From the human T2T-CHM13v2.0 reference genome, Homo sapiens: DNA of 64,000 nucleotides. The stretch lies in NCBI RefSeq assembly GCF_009914755.1, contig NC_060934.1, one strand, 5' to 3'. The notes beneath the pieces are model-generated. The model was not told the origin of the DNA. It made no database searches and was given only the letters and a program-made list of their open reading frames with translations. The position numbers and the translations under genes were made by a program. Shown one piece after another: positions 1-14,429 of this stretch (the first letter of the stretch is position 1; every line of letters begins with the position of its first letter).

Positions 1-119
1 CTTGAACCTGGGAGGCAGAGGTTGCAGTGAGCCAAGATCGTGCCACTGCACTCCAGCCTGGGCAACAGCAAAACTCTGTTTCTAAATAAATAAATAAATA
101 AATAAATAGAAGAAAAATA
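1..119 (+). mobile_element. Alu right-arm 3' part with (TAAA)n tail, truncated by the window edge
   Basis: gaggcagaggttgcagtgagccaagatcgtgccactgcactccagcctggg followed by an A-rich tail. Confidence 0.93.
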
Positions 120-123
120 AAGC

Positions 124-463
<340 letters not shown>

Positions 464-1306
464 TTAGATATTCAGGGAAGGGGGCTCTGATAAGTGAGAA
501 TTAAATAGGGACTTACGGGAATCAGGGAGAGGCCCTACAGGTCCACTGGGGAAGCACATTCCAAAGAGAGGAAGCGCAGATTCCAGGCCTTGAGGCTGAA
601 GACTTCTCATTGATTCAGGAGAAAAGTGCAACTGGACCTGAACGAGGGAGAGGGAGATAAAAATGGCCTAGTACAGAGGGTGTTTATAGACCATGACGAG
701 GGCTTCAGGTAGGATTGGGAGATGGGAAGCTCGGGGAAGCCCTGCGTGGAGGAGTAGAGCACTCTCGAGTCTCATTTGGGCTGCCGATTGTAGGGGCTCA
801 CGGAGGGAAGCAGCAAGTCCTGATGGAGGCTGTGGGGATAATCTAAGAGACACGGCGGTGTCCTGGACTAGTGTGATTGTATCGTAAAACAGAGAGAAGA
901 CGTGACTCTAACCACAGTATTCAAATAACACGTGAACCCAGGGGACAACAAGGAAGACGGGCCCTGAAGACAGAGCATTAGCTGTGTGCGCGTTGCTTTC
1001 AAGACTCTGGGAATGAAACAAGCACAGTAACAATATTTTCCTGAAGTAAAACAATCCTTGCTTAATTGAAATTTTTCATTTCTCTTTTTCTTTTTTGTAA
1101 TTTACTAGGCATTGTGGGGTCTGTCAAAAGCTATAAAATGTCATCCCTGGGAGCTTCTAGTTGGGGAGATAAGACGGGGATTTCTCTTACAGTTTAAAGC
1201 ATTATACGATTAAGGATCAAATGTCAGCAAATTCTTTTAGAGTTAAGAAAAAGCAGAGATTTCTATGGATTGGCATATCAGAAGAGGGTAGGACCTGAGC
1301 TGCATC

Positions 1307-2463
1307 TTTTTTTTTTTTTCTTAATAGACTTTATTATTTAGAGCAGTTTTGAGTTCCCAGTAAAATTGAACAGAAAGTACTGAGGGTTCCCATTCACCCA
1401 CTGCCTGCTCCCTCCACAGCCTCCCCCACTATCAACATCCCCCACCAGAGTGGCACATTTATTATAACTGATGAAACTACACTGGCACATCATAGTCAGC
1501 AGAGACCACAGTTTACATTAGGGGTTGCTCTTGGTGTTGTACATTCCATGGGTTTGGACAAACGTATAAAGACATGTATCTACCATTGCAGTATCATACA
1601 GACTAGTTGTACTGCTATCAACATCCTCTTTGCTGCTTCTCTTCATCCCTCCCTCCCTGTACCCGCTGGCATCCATTGATTTTTTTTTTTGGAAACTGTA
1701 TTCATAATTTTACCTTTCCCAGAATGCCATAATTGGAATCACACAGTATGTGGCCTTCTCAGTTTGACTTCTTTCACTTACCAATATGCATTTCAGATTC
1801 CTCCGTATCTTTTTATGGCTTTATACTTCATTTCTTTTTAGTGCTGAATAATATTCCGTTGTCTGAATGTAGCACAGTTTATTCATTCACCAAATGAGCG
1901 ACCTCTTCATTGTTTCCAAGTTTTGGCAGTTGAATAAAGCTGCTTTAAATATCTGTTTGCAGGTTTTTGTGGGGACATAAGTTTTCAGTTCATTTGGGTA
2001 AATGCCAGGGAGTGTGATTGCTGGATCCTATGGTAAGAGTATGTTTAGTTTTGTAAGAAACTGCCAAACTGTCTTCCTAATTGGCTGTATCATTTTGCAT
2101 TTCCACTGGCAATGAATGAGAGTTCCTGTCACTCTGCATTCTTTCCAGGATTTGGTGTTGGCAGTGTTTCGGCTTTTGGTCATTCTAATAGGTGTGTAGT
2201 GGGATATTGTTGTTTTAATTTCCATTCTCCTAATAACATATAATGTGGAACATCTTTTCATCTTTTCCTGTGCCTATTTGCCATCTGTATATGTCTTTGG
2301 TAAAGTGTCTGTTCAGGTCTTTTGCCCATTTTTAAATTGAATGGTTCATTTTTTTGTTGTTGAGTTTTAAAATTTGTTTGTATATTTAGGTGACAGTCCT
2401 TTATCAGATACGCCTTGTAAATATATTTTTCTCATAGTCTGTGGCTTGTCTTTTCCTCACAGT
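1307..2463 (-). mobile_element. Old L1 (L1MB-like) 3' UTR and ORF2 C-terminus
   Basis: Poly-T at 1307, then an L1MB-type 3' end. ORF 2028-2261 (MKRCST...EIKTT...HYTPIRM...TVWQFL) is degenerate L1 ORF2. Degenerate TSD tgagctgcatc / tgtgctccatc. Confidence 0.88.
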
Positions 2464-2524
2464 TGTGCTCCATCCTGAAGGATGAGTAACAGGTGAGAGG
2501 GAATCACACACACAGGTCACAGGG

Positions 2525-2760
2525 AATAGTAATAGTCACAGCACCTAACATTTCAAGAGCACTTACTATGAGTCAGGCCCTGTGCTCAGCACTCTTACAT
2601 GCTTTAACTTGTTTATTCTTAGCTAGAAAAGGGGTACTTTTTTTATGCTCTTTTGTAGAAGTGTCGGCAAAGGAACAGTGAGGTTAAATAAGGTACGCAA
2701 GGTTGCATAATTTGGAAGGAACAGAACCCGCTTTTAAGACCAGTCAGTGGAACATCCTGC
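2525..2760 (-). mobile_element. MIR
   Basis: aacatttcaagagcacttactatgagtcaggccctgtgctcagcac matches MIR. Confidence 0.65.
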
Positions 2761-4383
2761 TTGGAAATGGGGTTTATATTGAGGGCCGCTTAGAGGGGAT
2801 TTTGCAATAGATGGTGGCCAGCTTGTTTAGTGCTTTAAATCCCAGAATAAGATACCTGTATTTAGATGTGAAGTATGAATGTCTTTATTAATAAAACATT
2901 TTTTCAACAAAATAAAACTTAGAGTCCTATGATTTAAAACAATAAACATATATTTTTAGATAGGTTAAATCATCTGTGGCATCCCTGCCTAAAGATTCAT
3001 GGAGTTTAAAAATCCCTAACTTGAAGCAGTGGAGAGCCTTGGGAGTTTGGTGTGGCTAGGGATGGGGAGGTGTGTGGGGATAAGAAGACAGCATTGGCAG
3101 GACATGGGCCCCACTGCGCAGGAGGACAGGGTGGAGGTGGACTCTTGATGGTTATCAGGCTGTTATATTTTAGTTCAGGGGCAATGTGATGGGCGGGCCT
3201 CGCCTAAGGTAGCCAATGGGAATAATAAAGAAAATGGTGATTACAGGAGATTTTTTGAAGGGAAATGAATAATACTTGTTTAGTGACTAGATATGGATGG
3301 TGAGTGGGAAGGCTTGAAAACTCATGTCTCTAGTTGACTGAGAGAATTTGAACGGCCAGTCAGACAAAAAAAAGAAAACGTGAGCCTCCTTTAACAGAGA
3401 AATAATGAGGCCAATTTATGACCTGTTGAATTTGAAATGATAGTGAAATAGTCAAGCCAAGATGCCTAGTAGGAAATGAAAGCAAATGAAACTGAGATAA
3501 GAGAGGAGGAATCTTGAAGATAAAGATTTAGGAGTCAGCAACATTAAAGTGACAGCTAAGCTCATGAGAAGAGATGAAACTGCCGAATGTTAAGTGTTGA
3601 AAGAGACTGCAAGTTGATCAATAACTGAACCTCAGGAACAGTGGAGTTAAATCCTGAGGGAGCGGAGATTTCTGTTTGTCATTGTGGATTGACCCATGAG
3701 TTCATTTGTGCTTCTTCCTAAACCCCACTACAATGATAGGAAGATACTAAAAAATGTATAAAGCCGTAAGGATAATAGAGCAAGGGAAGAGATGGAAAGT
3801 GGGAACTGACTTAGCAGAGTAGAGGAAGCTAAAACATACCAGCCTGCAGAGAAGATTATGGGAAACAAGATGATTGCTCTCCAAGAGTTCAGAAACAGGG
3901 GTCATCAGGAACTCCAGAAGGCAGGGATGTAAAAGATATAAAAGTCTGTTTGTGCATGTTTGTTTATTAGCAAAAACATTTGAATTTTTAGTAAACTCAA
4001 CATTTTAGTTTATTGGCTAAACATTGAGTGCCAAGTATTGAGTTGGGCTCAGTACTGAAATGCAGTCTAGGTGTCAGTCTCCACACTGAACAGGTGAGAC
4101 TTTCCTCCCTTTTCTCCATCAGACTCCTACTGTGTAGGAAATTGGAGGATTCTCTGAAAAAACTGAGCTTTCCCAGGGAAAATACATACTGACAATAACA
4201 TTTTAGAGCTAGATTATCTTACAATGTAGCCCGCCAGTTAGCAAAGTCCCAAACATTTTACATGTAGAGTGTCCAGCGACTCACGCTTAAACACCCAGTA
4301 ACTACCAGAAATGAAAGGTATCCCACATGAAAAGCAGAAGCTGAAACCTCAGAAATAGAGACAATGTAGGAAATAGAAGAAAA

Positions 4384-4385
<2 letters not shown>

Positions 4386-4429
<44 letters not shown>
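4386..4429. repeat. (AC)22 microsatellite
   Basis: Read directly. Confidence 0.98.
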
Positions 4430-4431
<2 letters not shown>

Positions 4432-4479
4432 CTACCTACACCCCTTCCAAGAGACAAGAGCAGAAAATGTCAGAGGAAC

Positions 4480-5110
4480 CAGCTGTCAAAGAGCCAGAGC
4501 AAGTTAGAAATTAAAAATATAATAACCAAAAGAAAATGTTCTATAGAGGGGTTTTTAAGATAAAGTCAAGGAAACCTGAACAGTTAGATAAAGAGAGGAA
4601 CGATAGGAGAGAAAAAAGTGTGAGAAAACTACAGAGTTAATTCATGAGGTCCTATAGCCAACTAAAAGGAGTCCTAAGAAGAGAGAACAATGAAACTAAA
4701 GGAAATGAAATTATCAAAGAAATAACACAAGAAAATTTTTCAGAAGAAAAACGTATAAATCTATATTACAAGAGTCTAAAAGGTACCCATAACAATGACT
4801 GAATAAAAATGCATACCAAGGCACATTATTGCGAATTAGAGGAAACCAGAGATTAGGAGGAAATTATATGTGCTTGCCAGTCACATACAAAGGACTGCAA
4901 TTCATAATGGAGTCAGAATGAAGGAGCAGTGGTGTGAAGGTTAGAAGATGGTAGTACATACCATCAGAATTTTGAGTGAAATAATTTCAACCTTAAATTC
5001 TATTTTCAACCACGCTGTTAGGTCAGAGGGTAGAATAGGGACATTTTAGACATGTGGAGTCTGAAAACATTTACTTCCCATACATCTCTTATCAGGAAAC
5101 TACCAGATGA
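4480..5110 (+). mobile_element. Ancient L1 ORF1-region fragment
   Basis: A-rich, with L1M ORF1-like segments (atcaaagaaataacacaagaaaattttt; aataatttcaaccttaaattctat...gagggtagaatagggacattttagacatg). Confidence 0.6.
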
Positions 5111-5480
5111 TTCAGTCTCAATTTAATTAAATCTAATAGATATTTAAGCACCCAGTATATTTTTAGCATGATGCCATGCATATAATAACTATCTGATGAA
5201 TATTTATAGATTTAGATTAAAAGGTTCAGAAGACAAAAATGATTTAAGACACAGTCCATGCCTTTGATAAGCTTATAGTTTCCTAATCCTGGATAACTCC
5301 GATAAACAACTGTATAAAAAACAGTGTGCAGTTCTCATAAAGTTAGAAACAGCCGTGGAGATTTGAGGAATGGATAGTGCAAATCAGATTGGGAGCAGTT
5401 TTATGAAGGGAATTATTATTTGAGACAGTTCTTGTAAAGTAGATAAGAAAAAAAGCATTCCAGTTAAGAAATAACATAGT

Positions 5481-5805
5481 GGCCAGGCATGGTGGCTTAT
5501 GCCAGTAATCCTAGCACTTTGGGAGGCTGAGATGGGAGGATCATTTGAGCCCAGGAGTTTGAGACCAGCCTGAGCAACAGAGCAAGACCCTGTCTCTGCA
5601 AAAAATTAAAAACAGAAAAATTAGCTGGGTATGATGGTGCATGGCTGTTCCAGCTACTTGGGAGACTGAGGTAAGAGGATCACTTGGACCCAGGAGTTTG
5701 AGGCTGCAGTGAGCTATGATCACACCACTGCACTCCAGCCTGGAAGACAGAGCAAGACCCTGTCTCAAAAAAGAAAAAAAAAAAGAAGAAAAGAAAAAGA
5801 AAACA
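5481..5805 (+). mobile_element. AluJ
   Basis: Dimer with J diagnostics (gaggatcatttgagcccaggagtttgag; gaggctgcagtgagctatgat). Confidence 0.92.
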
Positions 5806-8800
5806 ATATAAAATACAGAAGTGGAAAGCTCATGACCTGTTGAAGTGGTGCAGTGCTGCTGGAAGGAAGAAAAGTCAAGGAAGATAAGAGTAAAAGTTAG
5901 GTTGGAAACATAGAGAGCCACAAATATGAAGCTGAAGGTAAGGCATGGGAATCATTGAGAGATTTCCACTGGGAGAGCTGTCTTTCAGGAGGATTAATCC
6001 AGCAAGCTGAGTGACCACGTTTAGCCTGCTAGATCAAATTTGCTGACAGGTAGAATGTCTTTCCTCTCTAGTATTTCTTTACTGTTTGGCATCGAATAGG
6101 CATACAGTAAATATTTGTTGAATTAAACTTCAAATGAATAACAAAATAAAATTTCAAGAAAGAGGAAAAGTGATCAGCAGTTGTTGCTAGATACAGGTCA
6201 GCAGGGTGGGGATTATTTGTAACTGCACATGAGGATGCTACAGGGGACCATGGGGAAAGTGTTTCCAGTGAATGGCTGGGGCAGGTCAGAGAGTGAAGAG
6301 TTTCAGAGTTGAGTGGGCCGTGTAGTAATCAAGGTAAATGTGCTCTTTGGCACAATCTGACAAAGGAGGAAGAGCCACTGCCCTCTGCTTCGCCACTGCC
6401 TCACTGTATCCTCATCATCCTGGACATCCTTGCTGCGCCGATGCCTTCGAGGCTGTGAAATCCTTTCCTTCTGACTGTGTCTGTTAGGTCGGGAAAATAG
6501 TAAGTTCTCATGGGGTCAGTAAATACAAGAACTTATTTACTTGAACTGGGTGGCAGTGTTGAGGAAAAGGGCAGGGTTGTGGTAGCTGGGTTTTTACACT
6601 CGTGGGTGCTTGGTCTTAGAGAGCCTGGAGCATGTGTGTCAGCAACAGAGGGGAGAGACATCCTTGTGTTGGATCTGGCTCTGGGGTCCTAGTTTCTTAA
6701 AGTTAGTAAAATTTTACTTTGGAACTCTTTTTGTTTTTAATAATTATATATTCAATTACTTCTCATCATTTTCTCCCAAAGTGTCAAATTTACTACAGCT
6801 TCAAGGAGTCAGGAATATTTGTTTTGAGGTCAGTTTTTTTGCTTCACAAGTGGGGTTGTATCATGTGCCTCCACTTCAGTTATATCTCAAGAGGTGACAA
6901 GTTGACATTTTTATTAAGTTCTGTAATGTTCTATTAGTTATGTTCTTATAATTCTGATTTGGAAGACATCCCTCTGTGAGAGCCAGGGAAAAGGAGAGTC
7001 AGTCTAGCAATCACCCGTGACGATGCATAAATTGCGTTTTGTCGATTTCAGTCGAGCTTCCCATATAGAATGAGTATATAAATATTACTTATCTGAAAAG
7101 ATACTTAGGGTAAATATTTTATCAAACATATTTTAAGCCATCTGCTTTAATTAAATTTCATTGGCTTATTTATAGAACTTATCTCTGGTAGTTCAGGTTT
7201 TTTTCAGCTGAAAATTATAATACATTTTTTTCAGCCAGAACATTTCAAAATGTACTTGTATGTTTATATGACGTTGCTTTATGTGAGTAACAGCAGTGTA
7301 ACACAGTCTTGCTGATTTACCCATAAAATTATAAGCTTTGCTTTCTGAAACAAAATCCGCTGGGTTTTCCTGGAGAAAACTTGAGGGAATCCAAGCGAGT
7401 CCTAGGACATTGCTGACTGAGAAAATCCTGGGCTAGGTCCATCTCCAGCTCTCTTGTTAGGGGTTGCAAACACAGATCCCAAGAAGCGCTGGGGAATGTG
7501 GTGACAGTGAAATCCAGGGGCCCCATCCCAAGTGGGCAGCCGAGGCGTGTGGGCACGGAGTTCTAGATCTTGTGATGTTTTAGTAAAGGCAGGAAATTTA
7601 GTTAAAAAAATTTTTTTTTGTCGTTTTTGGGCTCTTAACTCTTAGAAGTGAATTTAAAATGTTTAGAACATTGTGCAGCCCACATACACAAAAATCACAT
7701 TTGCAGGTTGGATTTCAGCTGTAGGCTGTCTGTGCAGGTCTTCTGCTCTTAACAGGAATTTGACCTTCGTCACAGCCCTGACTGTCCCATTCAACCACAG
7801 TCATCTCTCCTGAGTTGCTACAGTTGCCGTCCAGTCCAGTTTCTTTCTGTGTCTGTGTTTGTTTACTCCCGAAAGTCTGTCCTTACTTAGCAGCGGTTGT
7901 GATCCTGCTCAGATCAAAGGAGTCCAATCCTGTGGTTCCGGTTCCCTGTAGCTCCGTGAGACTCTGAGAACTCCACTCGGCCTCCAGCGCTGCCTTTGCC
8001 GTTGCCTTGAATGAAACAGGCGCTCGATGTTGGCCTCACCTTGCTTGGTTTCTTGGCTTCTGTCTTCTGATTCTGGCTCCTACGCATCACGTTCTGCTTG
8101 CTCCTTAGCATTGCAAACTCTGACATTTTAGATGATACGTTTGTTTCCTAGTTCGTAAGTTTTTCCTGGGTAAACATTTGGAGGGTGTTTTTTGTATTTG
8201 CCTTCTTAGCACCCTTGATACACCTTGATAGTAGGTGTACAAGATACACTTGCTGAGTGGGAACCCCTCTTTTGCCAGCCTTAAAACCATGGCTTCCAAA
8301 CCTCACACCATGCTTCATTGTCCTTGCCAGTTCTGTTCTAGCTGCCAGGAGTGCCTGAGAGCCACCAAACTTGCACACTGCTAGACACAAATTAAGATGG
8401 GCTTGAAGAATAAATACTTGTCATTTCCTCTGAGCTCAAGGCATACAGATGGTAGGTGCTCAGTACACATTAAATGCATCATTTGTGCCTCTTGGCTTTT
8501 TCACTTCTGTACCAACCAAATATAATTCTACAAGGAGAGAAAGGTAAGCAAAAATTAGTTGTGTGTGTTTTCAGCTTTTTATTAGGATGTATTCCAAAGC
8601 AAAATACTAATGAATTTGGAATTACTGTCACTATCATTTCCATCTATTACCACAGATAGTCAGGAACTGATATAACTGATTTGCTTTATTTGGAGGATGA
8701 GCAATTTCTAAAAAATCATTACCCCTAGTAAACCAAGATGAGTCAGCTCATTATAATAGGGTTCTTTATACTTTGAAAAGGGGGTGGGTTTTCTTGTTCT

Positions 8801-8900
8801 TTCTGCAATTGATATGCGTAAGAGGAAGAATGCAAAACCATGAATCCATTCATGAAATGTACTTTTGAAATTATTCACTGATTTTTTAAAATGTTCATGC

Positions 8901-8901
<1 letters not shown>

Positions 8902-8942
<41 letters not shown>
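8902..8942. repeat. (TG)20 microsatellite
   Basis: Read directly. Confidence 0.98.
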
Positions 8943-8943
<1 letters not shown>

Positions 8944-10499
8944 GTGGGGGGGAGGGAAAAGGTAGATGAAAAACTACCTTGTTTAGGCATGATTGTCAAT
9001 TTTATTTTCTGTCTACTTACTGCGTTGGATAAACATACTGGAATACTGCCAAAAATTCAGGTGGCTGAATGCTAATTTTGCTGAAATTAGATGGAACAGC
9101 CATCCCCTGCCAATTTTCTGTCTAAATTATGCAGAAATTTGACTCTTGTAAGACATAAATCTGGTCAAAAATAGAGTCCTAATTTTCTAGTTAGTCAGTA
9201 AGACCATCAACAGACTAATTATTCTTGTTTTATCTTTTACTTTTTATTAAGAGAAAGAAATAAAAAATGAAACGCAGTAAAAGTTACTACGCATTTTTTT
9301 CATGTAACCCAAATGTAGATTTGCAACGTTAAAGGACATAGCAGGTCTAACTTTGTCTGAGATAGAGCAGGAGTGAGCCTCAGAAAACAATTAGTGCATC
9401 TTTCAAATGTACCATAGTTATTGAATAATTACTCAAATAATGGTCAGTAATGGAATACAAAGGGTTATCTCTTAGCTAATCCTCAAGTAATGGAATTGGT
9501 ATATCTGTGATTTTTCTCTTAGCCTTCCAGGGTATAGAAGAATTAGACAAAAGTGATTATGGGAACTAGAGGGAGCCACTGGAGGCCACAAGGAAAGGGA
9601 GACCTTATCTTAAGCAATTAATCAAGAAACTCATATTTTGGGACAATTATTCAGAGTTAATTCTAAAATAGCTTTAGAGCCCCAGGTCTTGAGATATTTT
9701 TTTCCAGAATTTTGTCAAGGTCATTTAGAGCACTAGGATAATCTTACATTAGAATAAAGATTTGGTTAAAGGTATATATATTAGTCTCTACCTAGAAATA
9801 TGGGCAGCATGAAAACATAGCATCGGACTACATAACTGTAGTTGTAATTTTTTACTCTATTTTCATTTTTTTTGGTAGTAAACTGCACAAAATAGGATAA
9901 GGCTTTGTCCCAGAGATGGGCAGCCTTTCCCGATGCACAGTCTGAAGTGCACTGGCCTCTGGCACCCGTGGCATTAGAGGACTGGATTGCAGTTTTTGGA
10001 GTTAGGTCAGTTTGTCTCACCTTATGAAATGTGAACAGAGGGATGCTAATCCTGTTTGCCTAGTGAGTTTTTGTTTGTGTGCCATTTCACAGAATAACTG
10101 ATTTCCTATTGGGTGTGGTTGTTTTAAATCTGACCAGTCATCTTATTTACTTATTACTGTGGCATTTTTTCCCATTAGTGGATTAAAAAAACTGTTATTT
10201 TCCAGGTCTTTTGTTTGTTTGACTTACCTAATTTATCTTGTTTACCTGCATAGTGAGCATTTTAAGACCTTTCCTCAGCTTTCTCTACCTGCCTTCCTTG
10301 GTATCTTCCCTTCTTCTAGTTAAGTGGATTCCCTTTGGCCGCAGACACTCTCTAGATGCCGCAGGGAGGCCAGGCCTGCCCTCGCACTGCAGCCCCCTAC
10401 CTCCTCCCACCCCTACAGTAACTACCCACCCGGCTACATCCTGAGAAGGCTGTCCCAGCAGCAAGGGTGTGCCCTTGCTCCTCTGCCCCTGAAATGCTT

Positions 10500-10800
10500 G
10501 TTCATGACATCATCACACAGCTGGTCTTCCTCCTGAATCAGCTCTCAGCTGAAACATCTCTTCTCCATCTTTAGACAGTGACTGTCCTGTCTAAAGTCTC
10601 CCTTTTTCTCTCCACACACATTATCCCATTTTACTGTCTCCCTAGCACTTACTGTGAATTTTCCTTTTGTATTTGTTGTTGCCTATCTGCCCTGCTAGTA
10701 AAATCTATGAATAGAGAAACCTTGTCTTTTGTTTGTTAACCTCCGCATTGCCAGGCGGACACAGATCTTAACAAATATTTGTTGAATGAATGGATGGATG
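10500..10800 (+). mobile_element. L2 3' end
   Basis: Ends in the L2 tail aaatatttgttgaatgaatggatggatg. Confidence 0.65.
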
Positions 10801-11247
10801 AGATTGCCTTGACCTTGTTATGCACACCTGACCCTGACTGTCCTCCTGCCTTGGCCTCCTCTGTGGGGCTGAAGCCACCCTCTCGGGTCATCCATAACGT
10901 CACTGCATCCTCTACACAGCTGCTAGAGTCATCTTTCTCGAAACTAGATCAAACTATTTTAAAACTACCGGTGACTTCCTATACCCTTCAAATAAAATTC
11001 ACACTCTTTCCCATGATCCATGAAGCTCTCTTGACCTACCCAACCCACCTCCTTTCCTCTTGCCTTCACCTGCTCCTTCCCATGCCTCAGACACAAAACT
11101 CGTTACGCAGTATGGCTGTCCACATGCTGTCCCTGCACCTGGAGTACTTTCCCTGGCTTGTCTCTGACTGGCTGTTTTGGTTATTCCCATCTCAGTTTCA
11201 TTAATCAGTATTCACATAGTTGCTTCATTCTATTTAAGAAGGTGGTG

Positions 11248-11545
<298 letters not shown>

Positions 11546-11734
11546 AGGAAAGTGGCACTCTACATCACTACCACCTTCCCAGTTGTTATTTTCCATTCCT
11601 TTATCCTGTTTATTTCAAAGCATGTATCACAATGATTATAACAACTTTTTTTGTATATTTGATGCTTTTCTAATATTGGACACAATGGAATACTTACCCT
11701 ACTCGTTAAAACTTTTCTTTTTTTAAAAAAATAA

Positions 11735-11867
11735 TTATTTGTTTGTTTTTGGAGGCGGATTCTCGCTACACTGCCCAGGCTGGTCTGGAACTCCTGGCCT
11801 TAAGAGATCCTCTCACCTCAGCCTCCCAAAGTGCTGGCATTACAGGCATGAGCCACCTCGCCTGGCC
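11735..11867 (-). mobile_element. FLAM / Alu left monomer
   Basis: cctcagcctcccaaagtgctggcattacaggcatgagccacc, flanked by TSD-like aacttttcttt. Confidence 0.85.
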
Positions 11868-12129
11868 ACAACTTTTCTTTCTTATACTTGCTTATACTTT
11901 CTCTTCATTGTTGTTGTTTTAATCTTTTCTGATTTTCCTCCAACTCATTGGCTGTCCCATCTCCTTCTCCGGCCCCTCTTCTGCTGTTATTGAAATGTCG
12001 GCAGCCCTAGAATCCTGCCCTTGGTTCTCTGCTCTGCTGTGCAATCTGCAGGTCACCTTTCCTGCATGCACGGCCCCTCCAGCCCCCACCGCAGGCCGGA
12101 TAGTGCGGTTAAGAGCTTTCCATCAGCAG

Positions 12130-12660
12130 CTGTGAGGGCCTTCTCTGGGTTAGGCGCTGTTTAGACTCTGGGAATAGTCTAAAAGGTGTAGTTCCTTCCA
12201 GCCTGAAGCTTATTGCATTTTGGTGAGGGAGACAAAAAATAGCTAAGCAAACATTCTGTGGTGTTAGGTAAGGGAGTGCAGTGGCAATGAGGCCAGGTAA
12301 GAAAGCTACTGGGAGGCGAGTTGATTGCAATGTGCAGTGATCAGAGACGGCTTCACTGAGGGGTGACATTAGAGAGCCAAATAATACGAGAGAAGCAGCC
12401 GTGAGCCGACCTGGAGGAACAGCACTGGGGCTGCTGCGAGAGCGTTGGGGAGAAGCTTGGTGAGTTTGAGAAGCATCGAAGATGCCAGCATGGCTTGATG
12501 AAGGCAGCTAAGAAGGAGGATGGGGCCAGACCTTCCAAGACCTCAGAGGCCATGGCAAGGAGCTGGGGCTTTATTCCAGTGGTGACAGGAAGCACTGGAG
12601 GCTTTTGAGCAGGGAAATGATCTGATTTGGGATTCGGAGTTGGAGAGTCAATTCCAGCCT
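12130..12660 (-). mobile_element. L2 fragment
   Basis: L2-like segments (ggcttcactgaggggtgacatt; ggaggcttttgagcagggaaatga). Confidence 0.6.
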
Positions 12661-12871
12661 CATCCATCACATGGCTTTATGTGAAGAAGCAGCGGTCATA
12701 TTTAGCATTTTCTTAGCCAACAGTCTAACTGAAATCACCCATGTACAGACAGGAAATGACGTTCACAATTCTATGTTGACGCACTATAACTTCCTGACAT
12801 ACCTTTTATTAAAGAAAGTTTAAATTGTCTCAAGTGGTTTTATTGTTAAATATAGTACTTTATGACTCTGA

Positions 12872-13194
12872 TTTTTTTTTTTTTTGGAGACAGGGTCTCA
12901 CTCTGTTGCCCCGGCTGGAACGCAGTGGTACGAACATAGTTCACTGCGACCTCGAACTCTTAGGTTCAAGCAATCCTCTGGCCCCAGCCTCCCGAGTAGC
13001 TGGGTCCACAGGTGGGCACCACTGGGCCCTACTAATTTTTTTTTTCTTTTCTTTTCTTTCTTTCTTTTTTTTTTTTTTAGAGACAAGATCTTTCTTGTTG
13101 CCCAGGCTGGTCTTGAACTCCCAGCTTCAAGCAGTCCTCCTGCCTCAGCCTCTTAAAGTGTTGGGATTACAGGCATGAACCAGTGCGCCCAGCC
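12872..13194 (-). mobile_element. AluJ
   Basis: Poly-T, then gagacagggtctcactctgttgccc. Expanded T-rich linker. Confidence 0.92.
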
Positions 13195-14429
13195 TTCGTC
13201 TGATTTTAAGAATGTTTATTCTGTATATGATGGATGTGATAACTTTCTATTATTACTCATAGATGGATGAACTGTTCTGCTGCTCTCCCTGGTTCCTCAT
13301 CCAGGCCAGGAAAGAGTTGATTGTAATTTCATAGCATTTTTCTCATAATAATCTTTAAATCCTGAATTGCTTGTTTTGTGGCTTTTGCATATGGATGGTC
13401 TCCTAGTGTGTTGGGTGTTTTGACTCACCAAATTTTGAGAGACTAGCAGCAGATTTTACAGGCTGCCTCCTAAATAGGAAGATGTTTGGAGTTGTTGGAA
13501 TGAGACAGGGATAGATACATAACAACCAAAAGCTTAAATACTGATCTTTTTCCCTATCAAATTTATCACTGGGTACTGAACTAATGTTTATCTTACCAGT
13601 TCAAACTTGAGTCACCCTAAATTTGTTTTTCTTTCGAATCTTGCTTCCTAACAGTCATTGTGTCATTATACTGAGCTTTCTTTATTAAATGGTTTTGTTA
13701 AAATCTCCAGGATTATACATGCATAGTTGGGGAAAAGAGGGAAAAAAGCAAGTGTAGGAACAGCTTCCTCAGAGGGACTGACGCGCAGAGGTGCTGGGCG
13801 GGTGGGGAGCAAGAGCTGTGCCCGGCTGCTGCCGCCGCTGCTGACAGCCGCTCTCGGGTCAACAGTGTCAGGATGATTTCCCATTACTTTTTTATCGACT
13901 GCTCTTGATGATCCTGTGAAGTAAGTGGGCTCAGCATTATTGTGTGAGTGTCTGTGCGTGCACAGATGAAGAACCTTGTGCTCACCATCACAGAGAAAGA
14001 GGAAGGGGCTGGTTCTGTAAATCAGAGTCCACTTGCCCTTTGCTGTTTCCACTGTAACGAAATGCTGCCTTAATAATAAAGCACAGCCGGAAATAAAGAG
14101 TGGGCTGCTTAGCACTGTCCCCAGGACAGAGGCCATGTGGCAGGCAAGTCAGCCTCTTCGACAGGATTGTGTACCAGGCCTACTCATGGATGCCTGGGTG
14201 TCTTATATATAAGTGGACACAAGAAGGGAGAGAATGGAGCACTTAGGGCAACAGCCAAGCAGGCCCCCACCTGTCCTAGCCTTTCCCTTTGCATCGCATT
14301 ATGTAAGTCCTCCCTTCTTTGACACTTGGATTTTAGAATGTCCACTTTCATGTTGCTTTAATAACTAGAACAATGTCTTCATTTTACATAGAAGGAACAC
14401 AGTAAGAATTTAATAGTAACTTGAAACAA

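Noticed and set aside
6377-6396. CTCF-like motif on the minus strand (gcgaagcagagggcagtg)
   Set aside because: Lacks the strongly conserved CC at the 5' part of the core. Cannot be called without ChIP data.
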